DNA of 64,000 nucleotides from Eledone cirrhosa (Eukaryota): NCBI GenBank assembly GCA_964016885.1, contig OZ024761.1, positions 5,146,001 to 5,210,000 of the forward strand, read 5' to 3'. Shown piece by piece: positions 25,870 to 36,367 of this stretch (position 1 is its first letter; each line of letters starts with the position of its first letter). The notes under the pieces were generated by a model. It saw only the letters and a program-made list of their open reading frames with translations, ran no database searches and was not told where the DNA came from. The position numbers and the translations under genes were made by a program.

Positions 25870-28107
25870 AGTGTGTGTGTGTAATTATATGTAAGTGTGT
25901 GTGTGTCTGTGACCAGTGCATATAGATCACAGACACCCACATATATATATATATATACACACATACATATATATATATGTATACAAACACACACATTTAT
26001 ATATATACAAACTCACACGTATATATAAGGGCCTTCCAGTTTCATTTCACATTATATACATGTCTGTGTATTTTAATTATTAAAAAGTTATTTTTAAGTG
26101 AACATGATTTTAAAAATATATTTTGAAGTGCACGTGACCCAACGGGTCACAGGTGGTCTAGTACTATATAAAAGTGTGACAATATAATGCCAAGACAACT
26201 CTATATTTTCCAGAGAAGGTGGTGATCATAACATTAGCATCAGTATTGGTTCTGTGAATGTAGAAAGAACAGCGATTCACTTGTTAAACACTTCAACATT
26301 CATTGTTCATGAGAATTACACAAGGACCAACACTTTCATCTGTAAGTTTTTATTTGAAACAGTTTTGTCAAAGCCTCATTCCACAACAGCAACATCATTT
26401 GTGTGTGTGTATATATATATATAAGAAGAACCCAGTCCACACTGTAAAGTAGTCATGTAGGTGTCACATCAAAAAGCACCCAGTCCACACTGTAAAGTAG
26501 TCATGTAGGTGTCACAACAAAAGTACCCAGTCTACACTGTAAAGTGGTTGTGTGGGTGTCACAACAAAAAGTACCCAGCCCACACTGTAAAGTGGTAGTG
26601 TAGGTGTCACAACAAAAAGTACCCAGTCCACACTGTAAAGTGGTCATGTATGTGTCACAACAAAAAGTACCCAGAAACAGAAAGAGGTGAGAGAAATCTG
26701 GCCGGATATGACCAGTTTAAATGCGAGAGGGTTAATCCTGATTTCTGCCTGATGGCTATGGCTTCTAATCCATAAATTTAACTAGTCACTCTTATTTAAT
26801 TGTGTTGAATTTTCTTCATTCCCTTTGATACATCCAGCTTTGAAATAACGTTAGTTCATTAACTTCAATATTTTCAAAACTATAATATATACCGTATTTC
26901 CCGGCACTGAAGACACTTTGTCCTTGAGGACACACTCTAATTTTGACAACCAAAAATTAGAAAAAAAAAATAATAAACCACCTTCGGCCTCCAGGACGCA
27001 TGGTAGAATTTTGAGACTTATTTTAGGAAAAGAATAGCGTCTTCGATGCCGGGAAATACGGTAAATATCTTTTTAATATTTATTTTCATTTACTTCTCAT
27101 TATCGACAGAGACAAACATATATTCCTAAAATTACCTGTTTTAATCAGTACAGTTAATTAATCTGATATTTTTTCTTTGTTTTGTTTTTGCAGGTAACGA
27201 TATAGCTATTATTACCTTACAGGAGCCGATACATTTCACAGATTGTGTGAGAGCAGCTAAACTTGCCAGGGAAAATGAAACATTTGATAATAAGACATGT
27301 ATGGTGATTGGATGGGGTAGAACATCAGGTATGTAACTATACAATCCATTTAAACCCTTCTGAGAGGGTACTTCCATATTCTAATGGCAATGCTGTGTCT
27401 TTATTGAAATAAAGTATATTTCATCAGAAATAAGGATATATTTTCTGATTCTGCTCCTTATATTTTTCAGCAAATGGTCCTACATCAAATATTCTCCTCC
27501 AAACCAAACTGACCAATGTCCCTTTTGAGACATGTGTAAATAAATCTCAGATGGTTATCTTACCTGGGTTTATATGTGCTGGTGACTTTATATCTGGAGG
27601 ATCTCACACTTGCTACGTAAGTCTCTCTCTCTCTCTGTCACACATATCAATATCTGGAGGATCTCACACTTGCTACGTAAGTCTCTCTCTCTCTCTCTGT
27701 CACACATATCAATATCTGGAGGATCTCACACATGCTACGTAAGTCTCTCTCTCTCTCTCTGTCACACATATCAATATCTGGAGGATCTCACACTTGCTAC
27801 GTAAGTCTCTCTCTCTCTCTCTCTCACACATATCAATATCTGGAGGATCTCACACTTGCTACGTAAGTCTCTCTCTCTCTCTCTGTCACACATATCAATA
27901 TCTGGAGGATCTCACACATGCTACGTAAGTCTCTCTCTCTCTCTCTGTCACACATATCAATATCTGGAGGATCTCACACTTGCTACGTAAGTCTCTCTCT
28001 CTCTCTCACACATATCAATATCTGGAGGATCTCACACTTGCTACGTAAGTCTCTCTCTCTCTCTCTGTCACACATATCAATATCTGGAGGATCTCACACA
28101 TGCTACA

Positions 28108-28149
<42 letters not shown>

Positions 28150-29220
28150 ACACACAAGCATCTATATCTGGAGGATCTCACACATGCTACGTAAGTCTCT
28201 CTCTCTCACACACAAGCATCTATATATGAGGATCTCACACATGCTACGTAAGTCTCTCTCTCTCACACACAAGCATCTATATATGAGGATCTCACACATG
28301 CTACGTAAGTCTCTCTCTCTCTCTCTCTCACACACATATGTATATATCAGGATAAAATGCACCCAGTCCACTCTGTAAAGTGGTTGGTACTAGAAAGGGC
28401 ATCAAGGAACATATGAGCATGATGTGCTTCCCTGATGTATCTAGCCTCAAGTTGTGCCAACCCATTCAACCATGCCAGCATGAAGAAGAGATTTCAAATG
28501 ATAATAATTGTTTCTACGTTAGGCACAAGGCCAGCAATTACCCAGTGCATTACTGGTACTTTATTTTAAATGATAATAATGATGATGATATATATATATA
28601 TAAGCAAAAGGGATATTTAATTTGTTGGTAATTCAACAAATATAAATGTTTATAACTGATTTGAAGCACTCGACAGGTTTTCTGGAGTATAATCATCATC
28701 ATCATCATCATCATCATTTTACGTCTGCTTTTCCTTGTTTGCAAGGGTGGGACAGGAACTGATGCTGGCTTGATTTCTACAGCTGGATGCCCTTCCTAAC
28801 ACCAACCTCATTTACAGTGAGTGCTGAGTGCTTATATTGCCGTGGCACCTCCACGACCACTTTGCAGTGGAATGATAGGGACCCCAGTCCTATCATCTCA
28901 TTTCTGCAGCTGAGTAAACTGGAGCAATGTGAAATAAAGTGTCTTGCTCAAGGAAACAACATATCGCCCGGTCTGAGAATTGAACTCACAACCTTTCGAT
29001 TGCAAGGCCAATGCTCTAACCACTGAGCCATGTGCCTCCAAGAAAAACTTGAACCGTTAAGATCTCCTTCCTGGTTATGTCAATATTTATAAAACAAAAT
29101 TTGTATTTTATCTGATGAGAGCGTACCAAAGTTTTGGTACCCTTGAAATATTTATAATAGAATAAATATGGTTTTATAAATATAGTTTACATTTATTTAA
29201 TATCATTGAATATATATATA

Positions 29221-29284
<64 letters not shown>

Positions 29285-32200
29285 TAAATATGTTTTGAAA
29301 CAGTGAGCAGGTTTGAAATTAGAAAATAGATAGCTTTCACCGTATTTTTTTACTAAAGAAATTTTAGTCTTAGTAAAAAAATACGGTGAAAGCTATTCTA
29401 TTTTCTAATTTCAAACCTGCTCACTGTTTCAAAACATATTTACTTGTCATTTGTACTTGCTAAGAATGTAGCTTCTAATTTGAATGGAAAGAGATGGGTG
29501 ATGTGTTGGTGTAAATGGTAGCACAGTGGTCTGGATAACCAAAGATGTGGGTTCGACTCCCATGTACGTCAATACTCATCTTTTTCCATTTATCTGAGGG
29601 TTCTAAACCCCATTATCAGACTAAAATTTCTTTAGTCAAAAAATACGGTGAAAGATATATATATATATATACACACAGTGGAACCTCGGTTCACAAACTT
29701 AATTTATTCCTGAAGGCCATTTGTCACCCCAAATGTTTGTAAACTGAAACTATTTTCCCCATATGAAATAGTGAGAGAGAGAGAGAGCCTGTGTGTGATA
29801 GACAGATAGATATCACCATAGTAACTAACCACACAACAAATGATGCTTTCCCATTGATACTCCCAGCTTGTTGCCAACCATTGTTGCCAGCTTTCCTGTT
29901 CCTTACTCGAGACACTGTTTGTCAACCGATATGTTTTATGTTTGGAAAAATTTTTCTTAAACTGATTTGTTCATGAACAGGGTTTCCACTGTATATATCA
30001 TCATCATCATCATCATTATCTAACTAGATTAGATCTTCTTGTCATGTCCCCTAGAGTGTCAGTTTCAAAGCTTGGCTAGATGTGGTTCCACCACAGCTGA
30101 ACACATTGCTGTCCTTTCTCATTAAACTCTGCCAAGTCCAATACTGTGTTGGGGTGTTCCAGCAGGGGGCATATCAGGAGGTGGTGTGTAGTCTGTGGTT
30201 CAATGCCACAGTCACACAACGTCCCCATCCTTTAAATATCTCCATTTTGCAAGAGTGACTTTAGCATGTCCAACACCTGATCTTAGTATGTTTAGGCATT
30301 TCCACACTGCATAGTTTGTATCTGCTCCAAGGGGGCAGTGCCTCGCTTGCCTTTAGTTCCAGGGGGCAGTGTTTCGCTTACCTTTAGCTCCAGGGGAAGT
30401 TTCGCTCATCTTTAGCTCCATGGGGGGGGGGGGCAATGCCACACTTGCCTTTAGCTCCAGGGGGCAGTGCCTCGCTCACCTTTAGCTACATTGTTGTTAC
30501 TGATGGAGGGGGGGGGGGTGTTAAGTTTTTCTTCCCAGCGAGTGACCCTTTCACTACTTATGCTTGATGTTCCAAGGAGTGTGACGTTCTTTAGGAAACT
30601 TTTCCTGGATTTAAAGCGACTTTTGGCTGGCACATGGCCAAAGAGAATATGTTTTTAATCTGTAGTCTGTTGTTGACACTCTCTCTTGGTTGTTGTACTT
30701 CGTCATATCTCTGGTGGGGCTCTTCCTGCCAGGATATACAAACGATGAGCTGGATGGATTGTATTTGATATTGAAAGGGTCAGCAGTTCCACACATTATG
30801 CCTTACTCAATAATTATGGAGTCTTCTGTCACTATTTAAGGGTTTCTGATTTAGACATAAGGCCAAACAATTTTTTGGGGAGGGAAAGTTGATTAAATCA
30901 ACCTCAGTGAATTACTGGTACTTTATTTTATCGATCTCCATAAGGATGAAAGGCAAAGCTAACCTCAGCAGGATTTTAACTTAGAACATAAAAGGCCATA
31001 ACTCTATGCTACTAAGCATGTTGTCTGATGTTCTACCGATTCTGCCAATCCACCACCCTCTTCAGTTACGCTATAATACATGGACTTGATTGTACCAGTA
31101 ATTCAAATGATCAGGACTGTGTGATGCTGAATCTCCCTGAGAATTAAGTTAAGTGTACACATATCTATGGAGTACTGAGTTACTTCTATGTTGATTTCAT
31201 GCGCTGGCTGTGCTGTTAATCAGTTAGAACACTCATCGTTGAAACTGATGAAGATCCATTCCATCCCATAATTATTCCATTCCACCTATTTATAAATTTC
31301 TGTGATTCTGTCATAACATGTAAAGAGAGAGGAATAGTTTGACTACCTCATACTACTCCTCTCTCTTTACCTCTGCTGCCTGTGTACAACATGTAAAGAG
31401 AGAGGAGTAGTTTGACTACCTCATACTACTCCTCTCTCTTTACCTCTGCTGCCTGTGTACAACATGTAAAGAGAGAGGAGTAGTTTGACTACCTCATACT
31501 ACTCCCCTCTCTTTACCTCTGCTGCCTGTGTACAACATGTAAAGAGAGAGGAGTAGTTTGACTACCGCATACTACTCCTCTCTCTTTACCTCTGCTGCCT
31601 GTGTACAACATGTAAAGAGAGAGGAGTAGTTTGACTACCGCATACTACTCCTCTCTCTTTACCTCTGCTGCCTGTGTACAACATGTAAAGAGAGAGGAGT
31701 AGTTTGACTACCTCATACTACTCCTCTCTCTTTACCTCTGCTGCCTATGTACAACATGTAAAGAGAGAGGAGTAGTTTGACTACCTCATACTACTCCTCT
31801 CTCTTTACCTCTGCTGCCTGTGTACAACATGTAAAGAGAGAGGAGTAGTTTGACTACCTCATACTACTCCCCTCTCTTTACCTCTGCTGCCTGTGTACAA
31901 CATGTAAAGAGAGAGGAGTAGTTTGACTACCTCATACTACTCCCCTCGCTTTACCTCTGCTGCCTGTGTACAACATGTAAAGAGAGAGGGGTAGTTTGAC
32001 TACCTCATACTACTCCTCTCTCGTTACCTCTGCTGCCTGTGTACAACATGTAAAGAGAGAGGAGTAGTTTGACTACCTCATACTACTCCCCTCTCTTTAC
32101 CTCTGCTGCCTGTGTAGAACATGTACAGAGAGAGGAGTAGTTTGACTACCTCATACTACTCCCCTCTCTTTACCTCTGCTGCCTGTGTACAACATGTAAA

Positions 32201-33509
32201 GAGAGAGGAGTAGTTTGACTACCTCATACTACTCCTCTCTCTTTACCTCTGCTGCCTGTGTACAACATGTAAAGAGAGAGGAGTAGTTTGACTACCTCAT
32301 ACTACTCCTCTCTCTTTACCTCTGCTGCCTGTGTACAACATGTAAAGAAAGAGGAGTAGTTTGACTACCTCATACTACTCCTCTCTCTTTACCTCTGCTG
32401 CCTGTGTACAACATGTAAAGAGAGAGGTGTAGTTTGACTACCTCATACTACTCCTCTCTCTTTACCTCTGCTGCCTGTGTGAATGTATGTGTGTGTAAAA
32501 GGAAGGGGTGGTGAAAAAAACTATGCTGTGTGTGAGTGTATGTGAATGTTTGTGTAAATGTATGTGTGTGTGTTTGTGTGAATGTATGTGTGTGTATGTG
32601 TGTGTGTAAATGTATCTGTGTGTGTGAATGTATGTGTGTTTGTATGAATGTATGTGTGTGTTTGTGTGAATGTATGTGTGTGTATGTGTGTGTGTGAATG
32701 TATGTGTGTGTATGTGTGTGAGTGAATGTATCTGTGTGTGTTTATGTGTGTGAATGTATGTGTGTTTGTATGAATGTAAGTGTGTGTTTGTGTGAATGTA
32801 TGTGTGTGTATGTGTGTGTGAATGTATCTGTGTGTGTGTATGTGTGTGAATGTATGTGTGTTTGTATGAATGTAAGTGTGTGTTTGTGTGTATGTATGTG
32901 TTTGTATGTGTGTGAGTGAATGTATCTGTGTGTGTGTATGTGTGTGTTCGTGTGAATGTGTGTGTTTGTGTGTGTGTGTGAATGTATCTGTGTGTGTGTA
33001 TGTGTGAATGAATGTATGTGTGTGTTTGTATGAATGTAAGTGTGTGTATGTGTGTGTGAATGTATCTGTGAGTGTGTATGTGTGTGAATGTATGTGTGTT
33101 TGTATGAATGTAAGTGTGTGTTTGTGTGAATGTATGTGTGTGTGTGAATGTATCTGTGTGTGTGTGTATGTGTGAATGTATGTGTGTGTGTTTGTGTGAA
33201 TGTATGTGTGTGTATGTGTGTGTGTGAATGTATCTGTGTGTGTGTATGTGTGTGAATGTATCTGTGTGTTTGTATGAATGTGTGTGTTTGTGTGAATGTG
33301 TGTGTCTGTGTGTGTGTATGTGTGAATGTATGTGTGTGTGTTTGTGTGAATGTATGTGTGTGTGAATGTGTCTGTGTGTGTGTATGTGTGTGAATGTATC
33401 TGTGTGTTTGTATGAATGTGTGTGTTTGTGTGAATGTATGTGTGTGTTTGTGTATTTTTGTGTGTCTGTGTTTGCACATTTATATTTATATACTCATACC
33501 ATATAGATG

Positions 33510-33580
<71 letters not shown>

Positions 33581-33826
33581 ACATACACGTTAGCGTGTTG
33601 AAAAACATTCTATAATAGTTCTATTATAGTTCTTTCATTGTTGTAATTCTTCCATTTGGTGCAGGGTGATTCTGGTGGTCCCCTTTACTGCCCAGACACC
33701 GGCAGGAATATGGTTTTGGCCGGAATAACATCATTTGGTGCCAACTGTTACAGTGACATCAACGTCTTCAGCAGTGTTTCCTACCATAGGGACTGGATTA
33801 GGGGCCAGTTAGAGGTAGATGTTTAG
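10850..33826 (+). CDS. Gene B: secreted S1A chymotrypsin-fold serine protease, 6 exons, 274 aa
   Basis: join(10850-10916,22808-22994,26214-26341,27194-27328,27471-27616,33665-33826) = 825 nt, in frame, GT-AG, intron phases 1,2,1,1,0 as in gene A. Signal peptide, IVNG, TAAHC, NDIA, GWG, GDSGGP. Confidence 0.9.
11115..11300 (+). mobile_element. tRNA-derived SINE family 1 (core GCCTTTCATCCTTACGGGGTCGATAAAATAAAGTACC)
   Basis: B-box-like GAGTTCAAATCC in most copies. More than 10 full or partial copies in the window (about 12260, 28503, 30840, 39667, 40600, 41075, 41258, 49238, 52312, 54570, 55813, 56595, 59015). Confidence 0.85.
11672..12011 (-). mobile_element. tRNA-head CORE-type SINE family 2 with RTE-derived tail
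   Basis: Head TGGCTTAGTGGTTAGAGC..GAGTTCAATTCTC, CORE-like CCTTGAACAAGACACTT, tail matching the RTE 3' UTR at about 4200-4478. Confidence 0.85.
12700..18355 (+). mobile_element. Near full-length L1/Tx1-clade LINE, decayed, in intron 1 of gene B
   Basis: ORF1 has a CCHC knuckle ([14 protein letters not shown]). ORF2 from 14744 has APE (NVRGL, GDWN, YLDR, SDH), RT ([19 protein letters not shown]) and C-terminal CPRC..HAFIHC, with several frameshifts and stops. AATAAA near 18344. Flanked by TA/TTA microsatellite. The 5' edge is approximate. Confidence 0.93.
18476..20082 (-). mobile_element. Penelope-like element remnant (GIY-YIG endonuclease, RT deleted) with inverted terminal pLTR segments
   Basis: Minus frames give VYSC...[18 protein letters not shown] (GIY-YIG) and [23 protein letters not shown] (PLE linker). 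18476-18593 is an inverted copy of 19876-20000. Confidence 0.8.
19872..19959 (+). ncRNA. Type I hammerhead ribozyme motif in the Penelope pLTR
   Basis: Stem I CUGGU/ACCAG; CUGAGGA; long stem II UCAGGC/GCUUGA..UCUGGG/CCCAGA; GAAAC-AUUU-GUA with cleavage after 19954. Confidence 0.82.
20095..21470. repeat. 23-bp tandem repeat (TATACCAGGGTTGGTATGTCATA) with internal ATACCA/TGGTAT dyad
   Basis: Direct periodicity, about 58 copies. Confidence 0.95.
21670..22778. repeat. CA-rich minisatellite (TAGACACTTCC-(CA)n) grading into C-rich low complexity
   Basis: Direct inspection. Confidence 0.9.
22808..22994 (+). CDS. Gene B exon 2 (SNLQ-IVNG...E8GED...TAAHC)
   Basis: TTTCCAG acceptor, GTAAGT donor, catalytic His motif. 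Confidence 0.92.
23031..23420. repeat. 16-bp G-rich tandem repeat (AATGGGGTGTGGCTAC/GT)
   Basis: Direct periodicity just after the exon 2 donor. Confidence 0.95.
23924..25279. repeat. 41-bp tandem repeat, about 33 copies
   Basis: TATTAAAGGGAGTGATCTGTGTAATACTGATCTGTGACAAA periodicity. Confidence 0.97.
25526..26161 (+). mobile_element. Non-autonomous Helitron
   Basis: A|TCTATATACTACTAAAA 5' end. Subterminal hairpin GTGACCC-AAC-GGGTCAC, then CTAG|T 3' end. Confidence 0.65.
26214..26341 (+). CDS. Gene B exon 3 ([13 protein letters not shown]...[12 protein letters not shown])
   Basis: TTTTCCAG / GTAAGT, phases 2 and 1. Aligns with gene A exon 3. Confidence 0.9.
26892..27061. mobile_element. pogo/Tigger-like MITE
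   Basis: TA-flanked TIRs CCGTATTTCCCGGCA / TGCCGGGAAATACGG. Confidence 0.8.
27194..27328 (+). CDS. Gene B exon 4 (NDIA...[10 protein letters not shown])
   Basis: Catalytic Asp motif. 135 nt, same as gene A exon 4. Confidence 0.93.
27471..27616 (+). CDS. Gene B exon 5 (...[16 protein letters not shown])
   Basis: TTTTTCAG acceptor, phase-0 GTAAGT donor. Confidence 0.92.
27590..28330 (+). repeat. Tandem array (about 57-84 bp units, 12 copies) of the exon 5 3' end, splice donor and (CT)n
   Basis: GGATCTCACAC(T/A)TGCTAC|GTAAGT repeated. Confidence 0.95.
28692..29040 (-). mobile_element. SINE family 2 (CORE-type, RTE tail), second copy
   Basis: Near-identical to 11672-12011. Confidence 0.85.
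29106..29162 (+). ncRNA. Type I hammerhead ribozyme motif (third family)
   Basis: Stem I UUUUAU/AUAGAA; CUGAUGA; stem II GAG-GUACCAAA/UUUGGUAC-CUU; GAAAU-AUUU-AUA with cleavage after 29156. The host fragment ends in (TA)n. Confidence 0.7.
29282..29445. repeat. Near-perfect inverted repeat (about 75-bp arms, short loop)
   Basis: 29282-29356 is the reverse complement of 29370-29445. Confidence 0.9.
29495..29655 (+). mobile_element. tRNA-like-headed dispersed repeat (related minus copies at about 35165-35540 and 35870-36000)
   Basis: A-box-like TGGTGTAAATGG and B-box GGTTCGACTCC. Recurs in the window. Confidence 0.55.
29676..29991. mobile_element. Tigger-like MITE, diverged
   Basis: Imperfect TIRs CAGTGGAACC..GTTCA / TGAAC..GGTTTCCACTG-TA. 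Confidence 0.6.
29998..30800 (-). mobile_element. Decayed LINE 3' fragment (RTEX-like C-terminus)
   Basis: Minus frame [38 protein letters not shown], with a (GAT)n tail. Confidence 0.6.
31314..32480. repeat. 73-bp hairpin tandem repeat, 16 copies
   Basis: Each unit has a 19-bp stem GTAAAGAGAGAGGAGTAGT/ACTACTCCTCTCTCTTTAC. Confidence 0.97.
32481..33590. repeat. (GT)-rich microsatellite followed by (CA)n
   Basis: Low complexity. Confidence 0.95.
33665..33826 (+). CDS. Gene B exon 6 (GDSGGPLYC...[13 protein letters not shown])
   Basis: Catalytic Ser motif, TAG stop. First AATAAA seen at 35035-35040. Confidence 0.95.
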   Translation, partial: GDSGGPLYCPDTGRNMVLAGITSFGANCYSDINVFSSVSYHRDWIRGQLEVDV

Positions 33827-33844
33827 AGGATCTGAGGTTGACCA

Positions 33845-34430
33845 CAGAGAGAGAGAGAGGGGGTGTGTTTGTGAGAGAGAGAGAGAGGGTGTGTTTGTGA
33901 GAGTGAGAGAGATGTGTTAAAGAGAGAGAAAGTGTGTGTGAGAGGTGAGAGAGAGAGAGAGAGAGAGGGGGGGGGTGTGAGAGACTGTGTGTGTGTTAAA
34001 GAGAGAGAGTGTGTGTGTGTGTGAGAGAGATAGAGTGTGTGTGAGAGAGAGTGTGTGAGAGAGGTGTGAGAGAGAGAGGGGGATGTGAGAGACTGTGTGT
34101 GAGAGAGAGAGGGTGTGAGAGAGAGAGAGAGTGTGTGTGAGAGAGAGAGTGTGTGAGAGAGAGAGAGTGTATGAGAGAGAGAGTGTGTGTGAGAGAGAGA
34201 GAGTGTGTGTGAGAGAGAGAGAGAGTGTGTGAGAGAGAGAGAGTGTGTGTGAGAGAGAGAGAGAGTGTGTGAGAGAGAGAGTGTGTGGGAGAGAGAGAGT
34301 GTGTGGGAGAGAGAGAGTGTGTGTGAGAGAGAGAGTGTGTGTGGGAGAGAGAGAGAGTGTGTGAGAGAGAGAGAGAGTGTGTGTGAGAGAGAGAGTGTGT
34401 GAGAGAGAGAGAGTGTGTGTGGGAGAGAGA

Positions 34431-34461
<31 letters not shown>

Positions 34462-34990
34462 TGTGTGTGGGAGAGAGTGTGTGTGTGAGAGAGAGAGAGT
34501 GTGGGAGAGAGAGTTTTGTGAGAGAGAGAGAGAGTGTGTGAGAGAGAGTGTGTGTGAGAGAGAGTGTGTGAGAGAGAGAGTGTGTGAGAGAGAGAGTGTG
34601 TGAGAGAGAGAGAGTGTGTGAGAGAGAGAGTGTGTGAGAGAGAGAGAGTGTGTGAGAGAGAGAGTGTGTGAGAGAGAGAGTGTGTGTGAGAGAGTGTGTG
34701 TGAGAGAGAGTGTGTGTGAGAGAGTGTGTGTGTGAGAGAGTGTGTGGGAGAGAGAGAGTGTGTGTGAGAAAGAGAGAGAGTGTGTGAGAGAGAGAGTGTG
34801 TGGGAGAGAGAGAGTGTGTGTGAGAGAGAGAGAGAGAGAGTGTGTGAGAGAGAGTGTGTGTGAGAGAGTGTGTGTGTGAGAGAGAGAGAGTGTGTGAGAG
34901 AGAGAGAGTGTATGTGAGAGAGTGTGTGAGAGAGAGTGTGTGTGAGAGAGAGAGAGAGTGTGTGTGTGAGAGTGTGTGAGAGAGAGAGAG
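33845..34990. repeat. (GA)n(GT)n compound microsatellite, probably in the gene B 3' UTR
   Basis: Lies between the stop codon and AATAAA at 35035. Confidence 0.9.
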
Positions 34991-35544
34991 ACATTGTATA
35001 ATCTCTATCACAGAGACTCACTCACTATGTCTGGAATAAATATTTAAATTCCTATTTTGTCTTTATATTTTTCTTCTTCATTCCCTCCCCCCCCCCCCCA
35101 CATGTAGATTTTTGTTATTTTATTTTATTTAAAATTATATTTTTATATATATAAATAGGGAGACAATTCTTTGGTTTGCCGGACCAATGTGTTACCATTA
35201 CACCAACACGCCACCCATTCTTCCTTCCATTCAATTAGAAGCCATATAACCATAGCAGGTATATATATGTATATAAATAGGGAGACACAAAGCAGGCTTT
35301 GTTTATAAACAGCTAAAGAATTTGAAAATTAGGTAGTAACATGTGCTTACACCGTATTTGACTAAATAGAGTCTGTTGGGATTTAAAAAAAACCCTCTGA
35401 ATGGAAAAAAAGATGAGTTTTGACGTACATGAGACACAAACCCACATCTTTGGTTTGCTGGACCAATGTGTTACCATTACACCAACATGCCTCCCATGCT
35501 TCCTTCCATTCAATTAGAGGCTATATAACCATAGCAGGTATATT

Positions 35545-35800
35545 TCATCATCACCGTTTTATGTCTGTTCTTCCACGCTAGCATGGGTTAGACGGGTTGT
35601 CCTGTTGTGGGCAGTGTCCGGTCGGCTGACCATGTCTTGCTCATACAGGAACTGATTCTGGCTTGATTTCTACAGCTGGATGCCCTTCCTAACACCAACC
35701 TCATTTACAGTGAGTGCTGGGTGCTTTTTTGCCGTGGCACCTACACGACCACTTTGCAGTGGGAGGTTGTGGGGGCATGTTGTCTATATGCTTCAGCTTC
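35545..35800 (-). mobile_element. RTE 3' end fragment
   Basis: Reverse complement of the RTE end at about 4150-4455. Confidence 0.8.
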
Positions 35801-36081
35801 GGCTTGTTGCTGTGGGAAGTCGGGTCAGGACACAAAGCAGGTTTTGTTTAGAACTAGTGAATTAGAAAATTAGGTAGTAACATGTGCTTACGCCGTATTT
35901 GACTAAATAGAATTAGTGTGTCAGTTAGGATTAAAAAAAACCCTCTGAATGGACAAAAGGATGAGTTTTGACGTACATGGGACAGGAACACACATCTTTT
36001 TATATTAACTTAATTCTGTCTATCTTGTGTTTTGTTTCTCAACTGTAAGAAGTCTATATATAAATTTCTGTGATTCTGTCA

Positions 36082-36367
36082 TAACATGTAAAGAGAGAGG
36101 AGTAGTTTGACTACCTCATACTACTCCTCTCTCTTTACCTCTGCTGCCTGTGTACAACATGTAAAGAGAGAGGAGTAGTTTGACCACCTCATACTACTCC
36201 TCTCTCTTTACCTCTGCTGCCTGTGTACAACATGTAAAGAGAGAGGAGTAGTTTGACTACCTCATACTACTCCCCTCTCTTTACCTCTGGTGCCTGTGTA
36301 CAACATGTAAAGAGAGAGGAGTAGTTTGACTACCTCATACTACTCCTCTCTCTTTACCTCTGCTGCA
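36082..36367. repeat. 73-bp hairpin repeat, second array (4 copies)
   Basis: Same unit and same 5' flank (TATAAATTTCTGTGATTCTGTCAT) as at 31291-32480. Confidence 0.95.

Noticed and set aside
29495-29570. Possible tRNA gene
   Set aside because: A/B boxes are present but there is no convincing cloverleaf. It recurs as a diverged dispersed repeat.
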